Assembly (NCBI GenBank): GCA_951406725.2
Contig: OX597823.1
Location: 62,001 to 126,000, forward strand
Length of the DNA: 64,000 nucleotides
Direction of reading: 5' to 3'
Source: Octopus vulgaris
Lineage: Eukaryota
Part shown: one piece after another, positions 11,866-25,543 of the stretch
How the letters are laid out: every line of letters starts with the position of its first letter
How positions within the stretch are numbered: the first letter of the stretch is position 1
The notes under the pieces: generated by a model
What the model was told of the DNA's origin: nothing
The model's database searches: none
The model's input: only the letters and a program-made list of their open reading frames with translations
Position numbers and translations under genes: made by a program

Positions 11866-12300
11866 ATGGACAACACAACCATCACTACTTCACCACCTGT
11901 TGCTAATACAACTGATCTCCTCACCACTGCTGCTCTTACAGATATTAATATTACTGCAACCACTGTGAGTATCAATAATATTGAAACTTTTCAAGATTCT
12001 GATGAAGATGTCAAACTCTTTGACTTGAAGAGAAAGTTACACTCTGAAGGCTGTAAGTCAAACCACATGACAGATACTAAATATTTAGAAACTAATGGAT
12101 TACTCCTAGAATTCCACAGCAAAGCAAAGAAGAGGAGGGGCCGAAAACCGAAAATGGTGCACCCAAAATCATGTGATAGTGAAGGATTGAAGGAAGAAAT
12201 AGAACAGTGTCTAGAGAAGAAAAAGACAAAAAGTTGTAAAAGAAAATTACACAGCCATCAAATCCCTTTAAGCCCCCAGAAAGATCTTGGAAACAAGGCA
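11866..12300 (+). CDS. DNMT3: DNMT3 coding exon 1 (Thr-rich N-terminus, basic KKRRGRKPK)
   Basis: Acceptor ctccag ends at 11816; in-frame upstream TAG makes ATG 11866 the start; donor GTAAGT at 12301, phase 0. Confidence 0.75.
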
Positions 12301-15300
12301 GTAAGTTATTTTACAACAAGGTTGTATTTTGTTTTAATGTCTTTGAAATAATTTATTTAATAACTGAAAGTTGCTGGAAGATTGCTAAGACTGAGCAGAT
12401 TATCTCGTTATCTGATTAATTTCAAGTGTTTGTTTACAACCAACCTTTTACTTTCAAGAATCTTGTATTTTTAGACAATCCTTGAATATTGGTTTTGTAG
12501 ATTAAAAAAAATCTTACCTGTAAGCCTACAGCTAGCATTTTCCTATCTCTATGCTACTAGCTTCGTCTTCTCTCTGTTTCTTATATATTGCTACTATAAG
12601 CTGCTACTCCATTTGTTCTTAGTGTACACATTGCACTCTGCTTGTAAACCCTTTGTCCAATTCTTTCCTACTCTTGACACTTGCAATTTTCTATAATTCC
12701 TTTTTGCCAACATTTTCTTTTCAATTAGTGTCAGTTCAAATATTAACCATTCTAACCTCATCAAATTTTCTTCTGTTCATGTCCAAAGCAACTTACTTAG
12801 AATGGTGGATACTCTTAAATATCATTTGTAAATGAAGAATAAACAATTTTGATGTTGCTAAAGTATATTTTAGCAACTGAAAAATAACATATTAGAAACA
12901 TTTTGTTACTAGTGAAAACCTTACAAATGACGGCTGAATAAAATATCCACCCAACATTAAACAGCAGAGAAAAATAGATGTTCACTATCAGATATAAATT
13001 ATATTTTTCTTTCAGATGTTATGGATTCATAGCGGAATGATTTTAAATTTACGTTTAAATGTTTGTCTCTATTGTCCAGTGTTTTCCTGTTGGCAGTGTA
13101 ATATGGGGTAAATTATCTGGATTCAAACCGTGGCCAGGATTAGTAATAAATCATGAAGACATACAGAAAAAGTCATCTCCATTAACTGTGTGGGTTTTAT
13201 GGTTTGGTGACTATAAAATCTCAGAGGTATGTTATCTTCTATTTCATATGTTTAATGTCTGGCAAGTTAACAAATTTTGTCAGAAATAGATATCTGTCTA
13301 ATTTATCTGTGTGTGTGTGTGTGTGTGTGATTCATATTCTTTAACTGTTGGAAGGACTAGGTGGACTGTAACCAAGGATGCCTGCTGCATCAAATACAAT
13401 TAGTAAAGTAAATGCTTGTAAACTTAGTCTCACATGCTCTCCTCTTTGGTGCATTTGTTTCTTTTTCTAACCTGAAAGTTCACTGGTGATTAGTGAGTCT
13501 ACTGTTTTTTGCCTGTAAAATAGTGTCCAATTAATATCTGGTCATTGTGTGTGCCTGTGGTATGGTGTGCCTGTGTGTATGTACACAACACACACACACA
13601 CACACACACTTGAGGTTTTTCTTTGTAATTTCAGTTACCACTTTCTAAAGTGACTCGTTTTGACCAGTACTTTTATTTGAATTATAAGAATCCTTCCAAA
13701 GTGTTCAGCGTGGCTGTTACAGAAGCCCTAGAGGTAAGTGTACTGTGAGTTGTTGCTTTATTTATTTGTGTATAATGCACAAATGCTTGGAAAAAATATC
13801 TTTTATAATATTCACTTACTGCTCTTTAGTGTTGTGATGTATGGAGAAAAAACCCAAAAGATTCATATTTATTATAACTGCAATATAAAACATACTGTAA
13901 AAGTTGATGTAAGCTAAACAAAACAAATTTGAATGATGTTTGAACTTTATTAGTGTTGCTGTGTATCACTAAACTATCTGAATCGAAAATATTGAAACCC
14001 CTATGATATAAGACTATATAAGCAGCAACATGTTTATATTTCATTAGTGTTTGAAAATGATGTTATGCTAATAGAAGTTTCTTTTTGATACTGTGGTTCT
14101 GGTCATTTCTCAGTCAATTTTACTAATTGGCAACTGAATTTCCCCCAAGTAGATATATGTGAACCAGTGAAACCTCTACATGGTTACCAGATATGTTACA
14201 AAAAGCAGCTGAATCTCCCTAAAATTACAACCTTCTGTCTCGAAACAATGAGCAAGACCTCAGCATATTAGAAATGGTATCTGGACAAAATCCCCTGAAG
14301 AGGACAAAATCCCCTGGTGGTCAATATTACACCTCAGGAATATTGATGAATTACCTTGTTTGTTATAAACTGATGAATTGCCTGTTTTTTTTTTAAATTT
14401 TACTTTTTATTAAAACAGTAGTACAGTCGCTTGCTTGTTTTATTTTTTTATGGCTTATTCAGTTGTCCTGAGGGTGGTGAGGAATTTTTTTAATATAAAC
14501 CTACTTAACTTCCACCCATAGAAGATGGAGCTTGTGAAGAGTAACAAAGGAAAGTTGAAATTATTTCAAGAGGGATATATTTATGTAAAGCAGAAAGATT
14601 TGGCAAATGGTATGTTATCTTAGGAATGTGAATGATGGAGGTCTAAGGCATCCTGTAAAGCAAATGTAAAAACGTGGAAAGGTGAGATTATTAAACCATT
14701 TCACAGTCAAACACCAGATACACTGAAGTGTGAAGCTGCAAAAGTGTCTCAAGAAATTAAAAAATGTTTATCAGAAACTGGAGAGAGTCTACAACAAATT
14801 ATTGCCAAAGCTGGTATAGGAAGAGGTAGCTACAAAAATACCTTCCCTTCAGATCCTTCAACGAGATGTATGATGCTATAAACAGAAAGAAAGGAACTAT
14901 TTACCATTGCCATCATATGCTAAAGATCTTGTTATACGTGAAAACTGTAAAAACAGCCAATGGTAAAAAAGTTTTGTTGCATGAAAATTTGATGGCAAGA
15001 GGATTTTGATATTTGAAATGGCTAAAAGCATAGAATTTCTAAAAAATTCTCTTCATTGGTGTTTTAATGGAACATTTAAAGTAGCTTCTGAAGTTTTTAG
15101 CCACTTTTATACGATTCATGCCATAGTAGATCAACACACTATACCCTGTACCTATGCATTCTTGCCGGATAAGACTCAGATAACTTATAACAAATCAATA
15201 CAGGAATTAAAGAACTTAACAAATTGCACCCCCTGTGACTGCAATGAAAGATTTTGAAAAAGCAATGCTGAATACTTTATTTGTGCACTTTCCTGGAAAT

Positions 15301-18180
15301 AATGTTAAAAGTTTCTTCTTTCATTTGTGTCAAAAATTATATAAGAAAATGCAAGAGTTTGGCTTTCAAAAGCATTATCAAGACAATATTGAATTTTCTC
15401 TCAAAATAAGGATGGTAGCAACCCTTGTCTTCATACTCATTGAATCTGTTCAGGCAGCTTTTGAAGAGATCTTTGATATTATGCCAGAAGAAGCTTTGCC
15501 AGTTTTGGATTACTGTGGAGATAATTGTATGTCAACGAGGATGCCAAGAACCAACATTTAGCCTGTCATTTTGGAATAAGCTCACAAGAACAAACACTGA
15601 ACTTCATTGTTTGAATAATTCTATCAAAGGATGGCACCGGCACTTTGTATCATTTGCTGGGTGTTCCCATCTAGTCATCATGAAGTTTATGATTATTTTA
15701 GGATGAGGAATTAACTTTCAAAATGTTCAGATGACTCCGATTATTGCTGGTGTCACAACTGAACCACCACAAAAGAAATATCGGTTGTGCAAAAATACCA
15801 GGAAAAACATCTTGTCTTTCGGGTCTGGAATACTCCCATTACTCTCTAGGGAGCCATGGGAGTATTTGAGTTTAGAACTACAAGATAGTTAAATACTGGT
15901 CAATATGTGCCTTTGAAGATGTGTGGAATATGAGATTACTTACTTGAAAAACAAATTTTATTGACAAGAAAGGTATCCAGCTGTAATATTGTATTTGTCT
16001 AAGCTATGCTGACGTAGAAACATGGATGTAAAAATGAATGGAAACAAACTTAGAAATGAGTAAGAGTTGGCAGCTAGCTGTAGAATACTACTTCAACAAA
16101 GTCTCACCCAGCCCATGCCGGCATAGGAAGCTTGGACAGAAAAAACAATGGTGAGGGTGTTGATTGCTTTTCTAAAATGTTCCTACTCTGCAAATAATTG
16201 CATGAGTGAGTTTTACAGCATGGTTTCCAATCAAAATGAAATCCACCATACCTTGAGCATTGTATATCTTTGGTGCTGGAACTGAAATATGATATGTCTG
16301 TGGATTCATGCTAAATTGTTAGCAAACCAATAGCTGAACACAACCAATAACGATGTCATTGGCATAAACATCATTACCAAAAATACTGACTTCAATATTG
16401 ATCCCCATTATCATTATCAACACTATCTAGCCTCTGCTGTCAGCATCAACCTATGATTACATGAACGGATGAGGTTGCTTGGCTTGCTACAAATAGCAGC
16501 CAAATTTCACTCAAATTAGATCCTACCATCTTAAAACAAGAAGGGAGAACACATTGGGTAATATGAAATGTAGTCCTAGATAACTCTTGTTTGAAAAAGA
16601 AAATAATGGAGGAGAGAGAGTCACATCTGGATTCTTTTGAACATGATTTACCTTAATCAAATCTGACCTGAAAACATAAACACCAGCTTCCCCCTCCCCT
16701 CTTTCTCTCTTTCTTTCTGGTTGAAACTGATGTTTTTGTATTCCAGGTATGTGCACAGCGTAGTGGTTTGAAACAAGATGAACTTAGCTCAGAACATTTG
16801 TTTAACTGGGCAAAACACCGTTTTATGGAAATGGTTGAGGATAAAGATCCATTTCTACCTTTGAAAGGTCAGGTTTGTTCACTTTTGCATTTTAGAATCA
16901 CCTGAAATGTTAACATAATTTTTCTCCATCTTACTATTTGTTGTATGTGGATCAAGAGAGCATGCCCTCTGACCCCAGCGAAATTGATGTTCTTAATGTT
17001 CTGATTAAACTGTTACAAGTCAATACCTGCAGGGAGGAGATCCAAGGAGGCCAATATCGTAGAGAGAAAGTACTAAACTTAATGGTTAGTGCAGAGTCTG
17101 CAGTGATTAAATACAACACAGATGATGAGAGGAGGTGACAGAAGAAGACCAGTGAGCTTGACGAACAGAGGCCATTAGTGTGTGATAGAAAAGGCACAGG
17201 AGACAATATATCTGAGGATCAGAGACTGGAGCATGTTTATGAATGATTTAATTTCAATAAGTTCAGTGGCTTTTCTCTGGATGCAGGAGCAGTATTTAGT
17301 TGTGTGTCTCACTTGAGCTTCATAGAGTATCAGCACTTGTTGAGTATCTTCTAGCCCTGAAAAGAGAAGTCCAGTCTTTGAGACACTGTCCTAGCAATGT
17401 TAAGGATGTACTTTCACCAAGAGTAATCCTTGGAGATAGTGATGCCCAACATTTGAAGGCTCTGGTTGAGTACTGCTCATGTAAATGTAGTGATGCTTTC
17501 CTGATATGAGCAGTGCTTGTGTTTTCTTGTTGTTGAAAGACATAAGATTTACATGGTTCATTGGAGGATGCTTTCAACCAGGTAGAAGCTGCCTGACACA
17601 GCTCTTGCAGCACTATGGTAGTGCAGGGCTTGGAATTTGCCAGTATTAAACTGCATGTTATTTTCCTCAGCCTACCTGTATATTACATCCAACTCCTGTT
17701 GCAGATGCACAACATTTCAGAGATTTTTGTATCATCTGCATAACTAGCAAGGATAGCTATCTGGGTAGCTGAGATGTCTGAAAAGGTCAGTATGAATAGC
17801 AGTGGGACACATTGAAAGTTACACAAACAGCTGAACTAGGTGCCACTGCATGGTACCAAAAATCCCAACATTGCCATCAAGATACTGGACCAGATGCTGC
17901 AAAGTTTGGGTTTCAAGGACCTACAGTTCTTTAGTATCTTCCCATAAAGCCTGAGAGACCTGTATTGTGTAGATGTAGATGTCTTCAAAACAAAACTGAA
18001 TTTTCTCCTATCAAGAGTTTCAGATGAACCTATTTTGTGCAAGGGACACAGATGAAAGTAGCAACATCAAATTCTCTCAGTCACATATCAGTGGAGGTTT
18101 AATGAAAGTGTAGCAAGGCTAATAGTGGTGGCCTAGAATGGCCACTGTTCTTGAGCTGAAACTAGTAAAGAAAATAAAGA

Positions 18181-18234
<54 letters not shown>

Positions 18235-21200
18235 ATGTGATCTGATCAATCAATAAGTATCTGGACTGTTGCCATAGTAACAAAGTGAAAGCACACAGAG
18301 TAAGGCTGCTTGGCACAGATTAACATTGAAATCTTCTGTTGTGCATGCATACTAAATTTTAATGTTCTGGTTCATTTCCACTGTTTACAGCAGTGCTTGG
18401 AAGGAAGGTGTGTAGCATGTGATCGTCACATTAACCATAACAGAGGAAGTTGAGCAGAGAATCTGAATCAAATTTTGCCAAAAGCTTGGCGATACCTGCT
18501 CAGAAGCCTACATAAAGTTTTGAAAAAGTTTTCATTGTTCTCAACACAATCAAGGAAATATTGTGCAGCCCAAACCTGAGTGTCTTTTTGGTCAGCTGAA
18601 AGCAGTTTTGGCACAAACTTGGCAGACATGAGTCTCATACCCAAATCTTCAGTGATAATGGACTAAACTGAACCGTAACTAATATGCACATCCTCTGATA
18701 ACTCACAGATGGTGATTCAATGATTTCCCCTCATAGCTGCATGCACATCTGAGATGTTTTCTTCAGTTCTGCTGGTTGCAGGTCTCCCAGAACATTTGTC
18801 AATATCGATATTTCTTCGGCCATCTTGGAAACATCTGAACCACTCGTACACTTGTGTGAGAGTCATACACTCTTCTCTATACAGTTTCTGCAACTTTGCC
18901 TAGGCCTCTGAGCAGGTGTCGCCATGACAACTTTCTCTGTCATGGTCGATGCAATGATCACATACTACACACCTTCCTTCCAAATACTGCTGTACACAGT
19001 GGAAGTAAGCTAGAACGATAAAACTTAGTGTGCATGCACAGCAGAGTTCAAGGTCAGTCTTTGTCGCACTCCAGCTATACAAGTCATGCATTGCATGGCC
19101 ATTTTTTATATAAATCAAAAATAAATTTGATGACATAATTTATTTGTTACTCTGTCAAAAAGTTTTCAAAATTATTGAAAATGAAACTAAGTAGTTAATT
19201 TTCTTTGAAAAGACATCAACTGCAATATAAACATAGCATTAGTTGGATTATTGAAGATAGCTCTATTCTAACCTTATTTCCCATCCCGTTAAAAATAGCT
19301 TCAAAATCTTACAATGTTAAAAATGCATAATGGCACTTGTCTTTGGTCTCCTTTTGTAATCGGTGTCCAGAAAGACTAATCATATGGTTGAATGGATTTG
19401 ACCGTTTGACCTCTGTCTAAAAATACAAGCCCTTTCAAAATTCTTTGTTAGTCAGATCCAAAGTTTTGATAACCAACAAAATTATTTTCTCTTTGATATT
19501 TAATGTTTATTGTTACGTTGCTGAACTTTTTTTTATCTATCCCATGTAAGTTAAAATTTTTCCCTTTTGACCAGGGTTGGATGACACTTCCACGAGAGAT
19601 TTTGAGCTCTCATTAGGAGGCGAGTGTAAGTGCCATCCAACCGCCTCTCAAGCTTCTTTGATAACGTCCAGGTTTCTGAGCCATATAGTAGAATTGGTTT
19701 GATTGTGGTTTTGAAGCTTTTAAGTTTGAAATCTCTACTTAGATTTGATGACCTCCACATGTGTTCACCACATGTTGATGGATAACAGGCAATTGACTAT
19801 AAATCAAATAGCCAATATTATTGGCATATCCTGTGAAGAGAGTATTCTGCACAATGAACTTGGCATGATGAAAGTTCATGCTTGATGGGTTCCATGACTT
19901 CTGACACCTGATCAAATGCACACCAGGTTGGTCACATGACTGGAAAATCGGACATTGTTTGACACAGATCCAGCCAGTCTTCTTGAATGTATCCTAACGC
20001 ATGATGAGCGTTAGGGTCATCACTTTAAGCCAGAGACAATCAGTGCAGAGGAAACGCCCCTCGCCTGCTTGATAGAAAGCCAAGGTTGTTTCATCTGCAG
20101 GGAAGGTCATGGCCTTAGTTATTTGGTATGCAAAAGGTGTTGTGTTTATTTACCCTCTTCCAAAGGGCCATATCATCAATGCAATGTACTATGCCAACAT
20201 GCTGGGGCAGTTACAAAACGCCCAGCAAAACTGATGGAAGGGGTCCTCCTTTGTCAGGACAATGCTCCAGCACACATCCTTGGTTTCAATGGCTGCTATG
20301 CATGAATGACTTCTAACTAGTTGCTCACCATCCCCTATTCTCTTGATTTGGCTGTCTGTCTGTCATCTGTTTGCTAACATGAAAATGCACGGCTAGGAAC
20401 CAGTATCACTATGATGAGGTCATATCTGCTGTTGATAAATTTTTGGTGCCCAGGAAGAAAGTTTTTCACCAATGGGCTCCAAGCACCGCAGCATCATTGT
20501 AAGAAGTGTAGGGACTGCAAGTGTGGAAGGGGGGGGGGGTCTATGTTGAAAAATAAACCTTATTTGGTCACATTTCATCTTTTCAATCAACCCTTGTATT
20601 TATTGCATGACCAACTTCAAGAGTCACCGCATGCCACTGATATGTGTGTGTATGTGTAAAAAAAAATCATTGATAGGGTATTACCCAACCTTAAGTCTAA
20701 AAGTAGGTTAGCCTCTGGTTTGATACCCAAGAGGTGGTTGGATGGTTTAAGCTTCTAGAAATTAGTAAGAATAGTAAATTCTTGCTATAGAAAACTATTA
20801 ACCTGATTGTTGTTAATCAAGCCCTGATTTATGGCATGAAAAATTCCAATTTGTCCCAACACGAAATAGATATTATACTTGCTGTGCAAGCCACTCTAGT
20901 AGATTTCGATGGTAGATTATGGTGTAGATTAGATGGGGAAAATGCATTTGATATAGAAATGGGCTCACATTCTGCTCAGGCCAGTGACCTAGTCAGAATA
21001 TATATCCTTTCATTAATCCAGTCTTCCTTTCTGGAATAAAGTCTGTATAGGGGTAATGCTTTATTTTTTCTGGACAGAAGCAACAAAGTACAGTTAGAAA
21101 ACATAGGAAAAATTTCTTTAAAGTTTTCAAAAATTTAGGACTAAATATTACTATGGGTAAAGATTATCGTAGAGTGAATTTTCTTGATGCTACCTTCTGT

Positions 21201-22226
21201 CTTGATACTGAATTATTTGAACCATTTCATATGCCAAATAATCATATTTAGTACATTAACGTAGCATCCAACCATCCAACCTCGATTATATGGGGATTAG
21301 TTAAGGATATTTCTACAAGAATTTCTAGATTTTCTGTTAATAATAAAATTTTTGAATCACATGCAACTTCTTATAATGCTGCTCTAGCTAGGGCTGGGTT
21401 ATGTGAAAAAAATCAGTATATACACGAAGCAGGCATACACAACACTGGTAATTCATCCAACTGTGATACGCATTGTACACCACCACAATGTCACGGTTTG
21501 AGAACTCACTCATATAAGGAATACAGACGAAGAAGAATTGTTGGAAGTATAAATAATTTGAATAACATCTGCATTTGACTCCATTTCTTAATTTATCTAT
21601 GTCATACAAAAATATTTCACTTAACCCTGGAATTGGTACCTTTATGAGTAGGCTGTAATATCCTTGGCACTCGTGAATTTTTGCTACCCTAGTAACTGTT
21701 TTTTTCCGTGTTATTTGTATACATTGAAAAAATACACACACGTGACACGTAAAAAGCACCAACTAATTGTGGCCGTTTGCCAGCCTCCTCTGGCCACTAT
21801 GTCGGTGGCATTTAAAAAGCACCCACTACACTCACGGAGTGGTTGGCGTTAGGAAGGGCATCCAGCAGTAGAAACACTGCCAGATCAGACTGGAGCCTGG
21901 TGCAGCCTTCTGGCTTCACAGACCCCGGTTGAACTGTCCAACCCATGCTAGCATGGAAAACGGACGTTAAACGATGATGATGATGATGCATGTGTGTGTA
22001 TATATGTGTGTGTGTGTATGGGGAAAGTAAGAAGAAAAAAGCGAAAATGCACATTGAATATAAAAAAATAAAGGCTTTTTTATGAAAAGTAGCGATAAAT
22101 AAATACAATTAGATGAACTGAGATAGAATTAAGAGGAATTAAATTCATTATTTTGAATTGTTAAAAAGATTCAAAGTTAAACTGGTGTCGTCATAGCTGT
22201 TCACTGACTTTGGATGTGTGTGTGTG

Positions 22227-22257
<31 letters not shown>

Positions 22258-22272
22258 GTATATATATATATG

Positions 22273-22318
<46 letters not shown>

Positions 22319-25300
22319 TATGTATTGATTAAGTCTTTCCTTGTTTGATTTGCAAAATAGTGGTTTTGTCTCGAATTAATATTATATTATACATATATAT
22401 ATATATATAATTTTTCAAGTGAACACACAATTGCTGATTTTGCAACAAGTAAAAATGTTCTAAAATCTCTCTAAGAGATCAATGCAGTGGTTGTAGCCAC
22501 CTTAACATGGATTTTACTGCGATTTTTTTAAAACCCTAAGAGGACATATCTTCTAACTGGTTAACGATGCACGGCTGCATCTGATAAAATTGTGAGCAGG
22601 GGAGTGAACACCTACCACCTCCTAGTGATGGGACCACAGCTGTGCATTATTAACCAGCTAGAGGAGATGTTCTCTTTGAGTGCAAAAATTGCAGTATAGT
22701 CTGCTTGAATGGACAGCCATGTTAAGGTGCCTACAAATCTTACTTCTCATTACAACTACTGTGTTGATCTCTTAGATTTTAGAAATAGGTTTTGAGTTTT
22801 GTGATCAATGAGCCATTGTCTTTTAAACAATCTTGTTCAACATTACCTGTTACTCTTAAAAGTATATGTATGTATATCATCATCATCATCATCATCGTTT
22901 AGCGTCCGTTTTCCATGCTAGCATGGGTTGGACGGTTCTACTGGGGTCTGAAGCCAGAAGGCTTCATCAGGCCCAGTCAAATCTGGCAGTGTTTCTATGG
23001 CTGGATGCCCTTCCTAACGCCAACCACTCCGTGAGTGTAGTGGGTGCTTTTTACGTGCCACCCGCACAGGTGCCAGACAGAGCTGGCAAACGGCCATGAA
23101 CGGATGCTTTTTATGTGCCGCCGGCACGAGACCAGTTGGGGCGGTGCTGGCAACGGTCGCGAAACGGAAGGTTCTCTTACATGCCATGATAGCATGGGTA
23201 GGACAGTTTGATGGGGTTCAGTGGGTTCAAGTATTATGCCTTGCTCTAATATTTCATATTTTTTTATGGTTTCTGTGGCTGGTGTGAACTTCCTTATACC
23301 AACCACTTCACAGAGTATACAGAAATAGCTTTTTCTTTTTTATGGTACCAGCACTATAGAGGTTAACTTAAGGAAACTACTGGACATTTTTTGTGGCACC
23401 AGCACTGTTTAGGTCACCTAGCAATGCGAAAAAAGATCTCTCAAGATGCAAGGAAAAGATTTATTGTGAGAGAATGGTAATGGAGAGAATAACAGAAGGA
23501 ACTGTGTAAGACTAATGGATGCAGAGGAGAGGGAAAGAGTAATGTTAGGTATTAGTGTGAAGGAGACAAAATGGTTATAGAATGGGTTGAGTAATGCCAC
23601 GCCAGTATGGGTTGACAGAGTGTGATAGGGAAAAGACTAACAAAGACAGTATTAGATAAAGTGGTTGGTGAGAGGATAGAGAGGTGATGGGGGATGTACT
23701 ACACTGTTACACATGGGTGAGTAATGGGAGGGACAGGTAAAGTTAGTGGGATTTGAGGGAGGGAGTCATAATAATAATGGAGATGTAGTGCTAGCTTACA
23801 TTATATATGGATGGTTAGAGTGGTTTGTGGAGGAAAGATTAGGTGATAAAGTGGGACCATGGCATATCTTCAAGATAACATTTGCAAGAGATCATGGTGA
23901 CTGAAAAATCAGTGATGGTGGGTAAAAGTTGCCAGAGTGCAGCCCCTCCCTATTCAAGCATCATGATATGAGAGGAAGGAGGGGAGCAGGATATATGTAT
24001 GGAGGTATGGAGAAGGGGAGATATTCAGTATGCAAAAAGTGGATAATTTCCTCTCAGTTATTGGAGGCATGGCACAGTGAGTAGAAGAGATAAGTGGATA
24101 CAGAATAGATACAAATTGTTTGGAGAATAGATGATGGAATGGGATGTAGATATAAAATGGGCAGCAGACAGTGTGCGCAAGTACAGAATCATAGTTAAGG
24201 GAAATCATGGTGTATGCATTAAATTGTACTGGAGGTTGAACCTTCTACAGTATCCTGAATCATCAGTGGAATCCATCAGTTACCATTTTCATTAGCTATA
24301 ACATCTTGACATAATTTTCCACATTTCCCCGAGTCTCCCATTCACATCACATGCCCCATCACAAGTGCAGTCTCCTTTTACCTACTAAATCTGCTGCTTG
24401 TTTGCTTCTCATTTCATGCACACTTACATGGCACCTGCTTGCCTCATTTCTTTCTAGTCTTTGCATTTATAAGCCATTCTTGCTGCTATGTACAGTGCAC
24501 TTTGCACGCAAGCATCATATAATTTAGCTTTCATCGTGAAAAGTAAGCTCTTCTTGTTGCCACTAGAGATAATAGTTCTTTAAACTATATCCAATGTTAT
24601 CTTATTCTAGCTATCACATTTTCAAAACAGCCACCCCTGTTGCTAGTTTAGTCACCTAGATAACAAAAGCAGTCTAAGCATTTGAGAGTGTTCCCAAGTG
24701 CTTACTGCCCCAGTTCACATGAAATCTATCTTCTTGGTCCACCCATCTGTGATCCCAGTACACCTTTTGTGTGTCCAGGCCCTTCAGTTCTATATTATAC
24801 TTCCATATGTGGAATTTCTGCTCCAGTTCTTCTGAATTTGCTATAAGAGTTAAGTCATTAAAATATTGTGTTCCTAAGGGCAGCCTGTCCTAAATACCTC
24901 TGGCATGGCTTGGAGGAGTGAGAGAAATTGGAAGCGACCGAGAACTGAGTCCTGATGTGCTTCCACCAACATACTAAATTCACCACTGAACTATTTTGCT
25001 GATTTTCATCTTGCTGACTGCCCTTTGTATTTAACTTGTGTGGTCCTCAGAAATCGTTCATCTATTCATAGTTTCCTAAGTGATCACTAAATTATAGTAT
25101 GAGGGACCTTGTTAAAGGCCTTCCATAGCTTGACAAACACTAGGTATAGGGGTTTATTCAGTCATACATTTGTCTTGCAGTTGTCTCATAACTTTACACC
25201 TCTTCCTAGAAAAATGCCAGATTGCCTTTCATCTAAATATACCTTATCCTTAATCAGTTTTGCAATAATCCCTTTTGTAACTTCCATAGTCTTGTCCAAC

Positions 25301-25505
25301 AATTTCGTATTTCTTTTAGCAGCATCTGTTATTTTACTTGATTTGCAACATTGGACTGTGGCCTTGCTGGGGCACCACCCTGGAGGGTTTTGTCAAATTG
25401 TTCCCAGTATTTATTTTATCAGTCCATTTTATTGAACCACTAAGTTACATATTCTTAAACAGTCCAATATTACTGCTGTCAGGCATAAACTAAAATACCA
25501 TAAAC

Positions 25506-25543
<38 letters not shown>

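Noticed and set aside
16868-16878. Alternative donor CAG|GTTTGT at 16872/16873 for exon 4
   Set aside because: Gives phase 0, incompatible with the phase-1 acceptor of the next exon
17300-18180. Second twin-priming inversion (CR1 minus then plus)
   Set aside because: Too degenerate to show that both halves are one family or that the breakpoints abut
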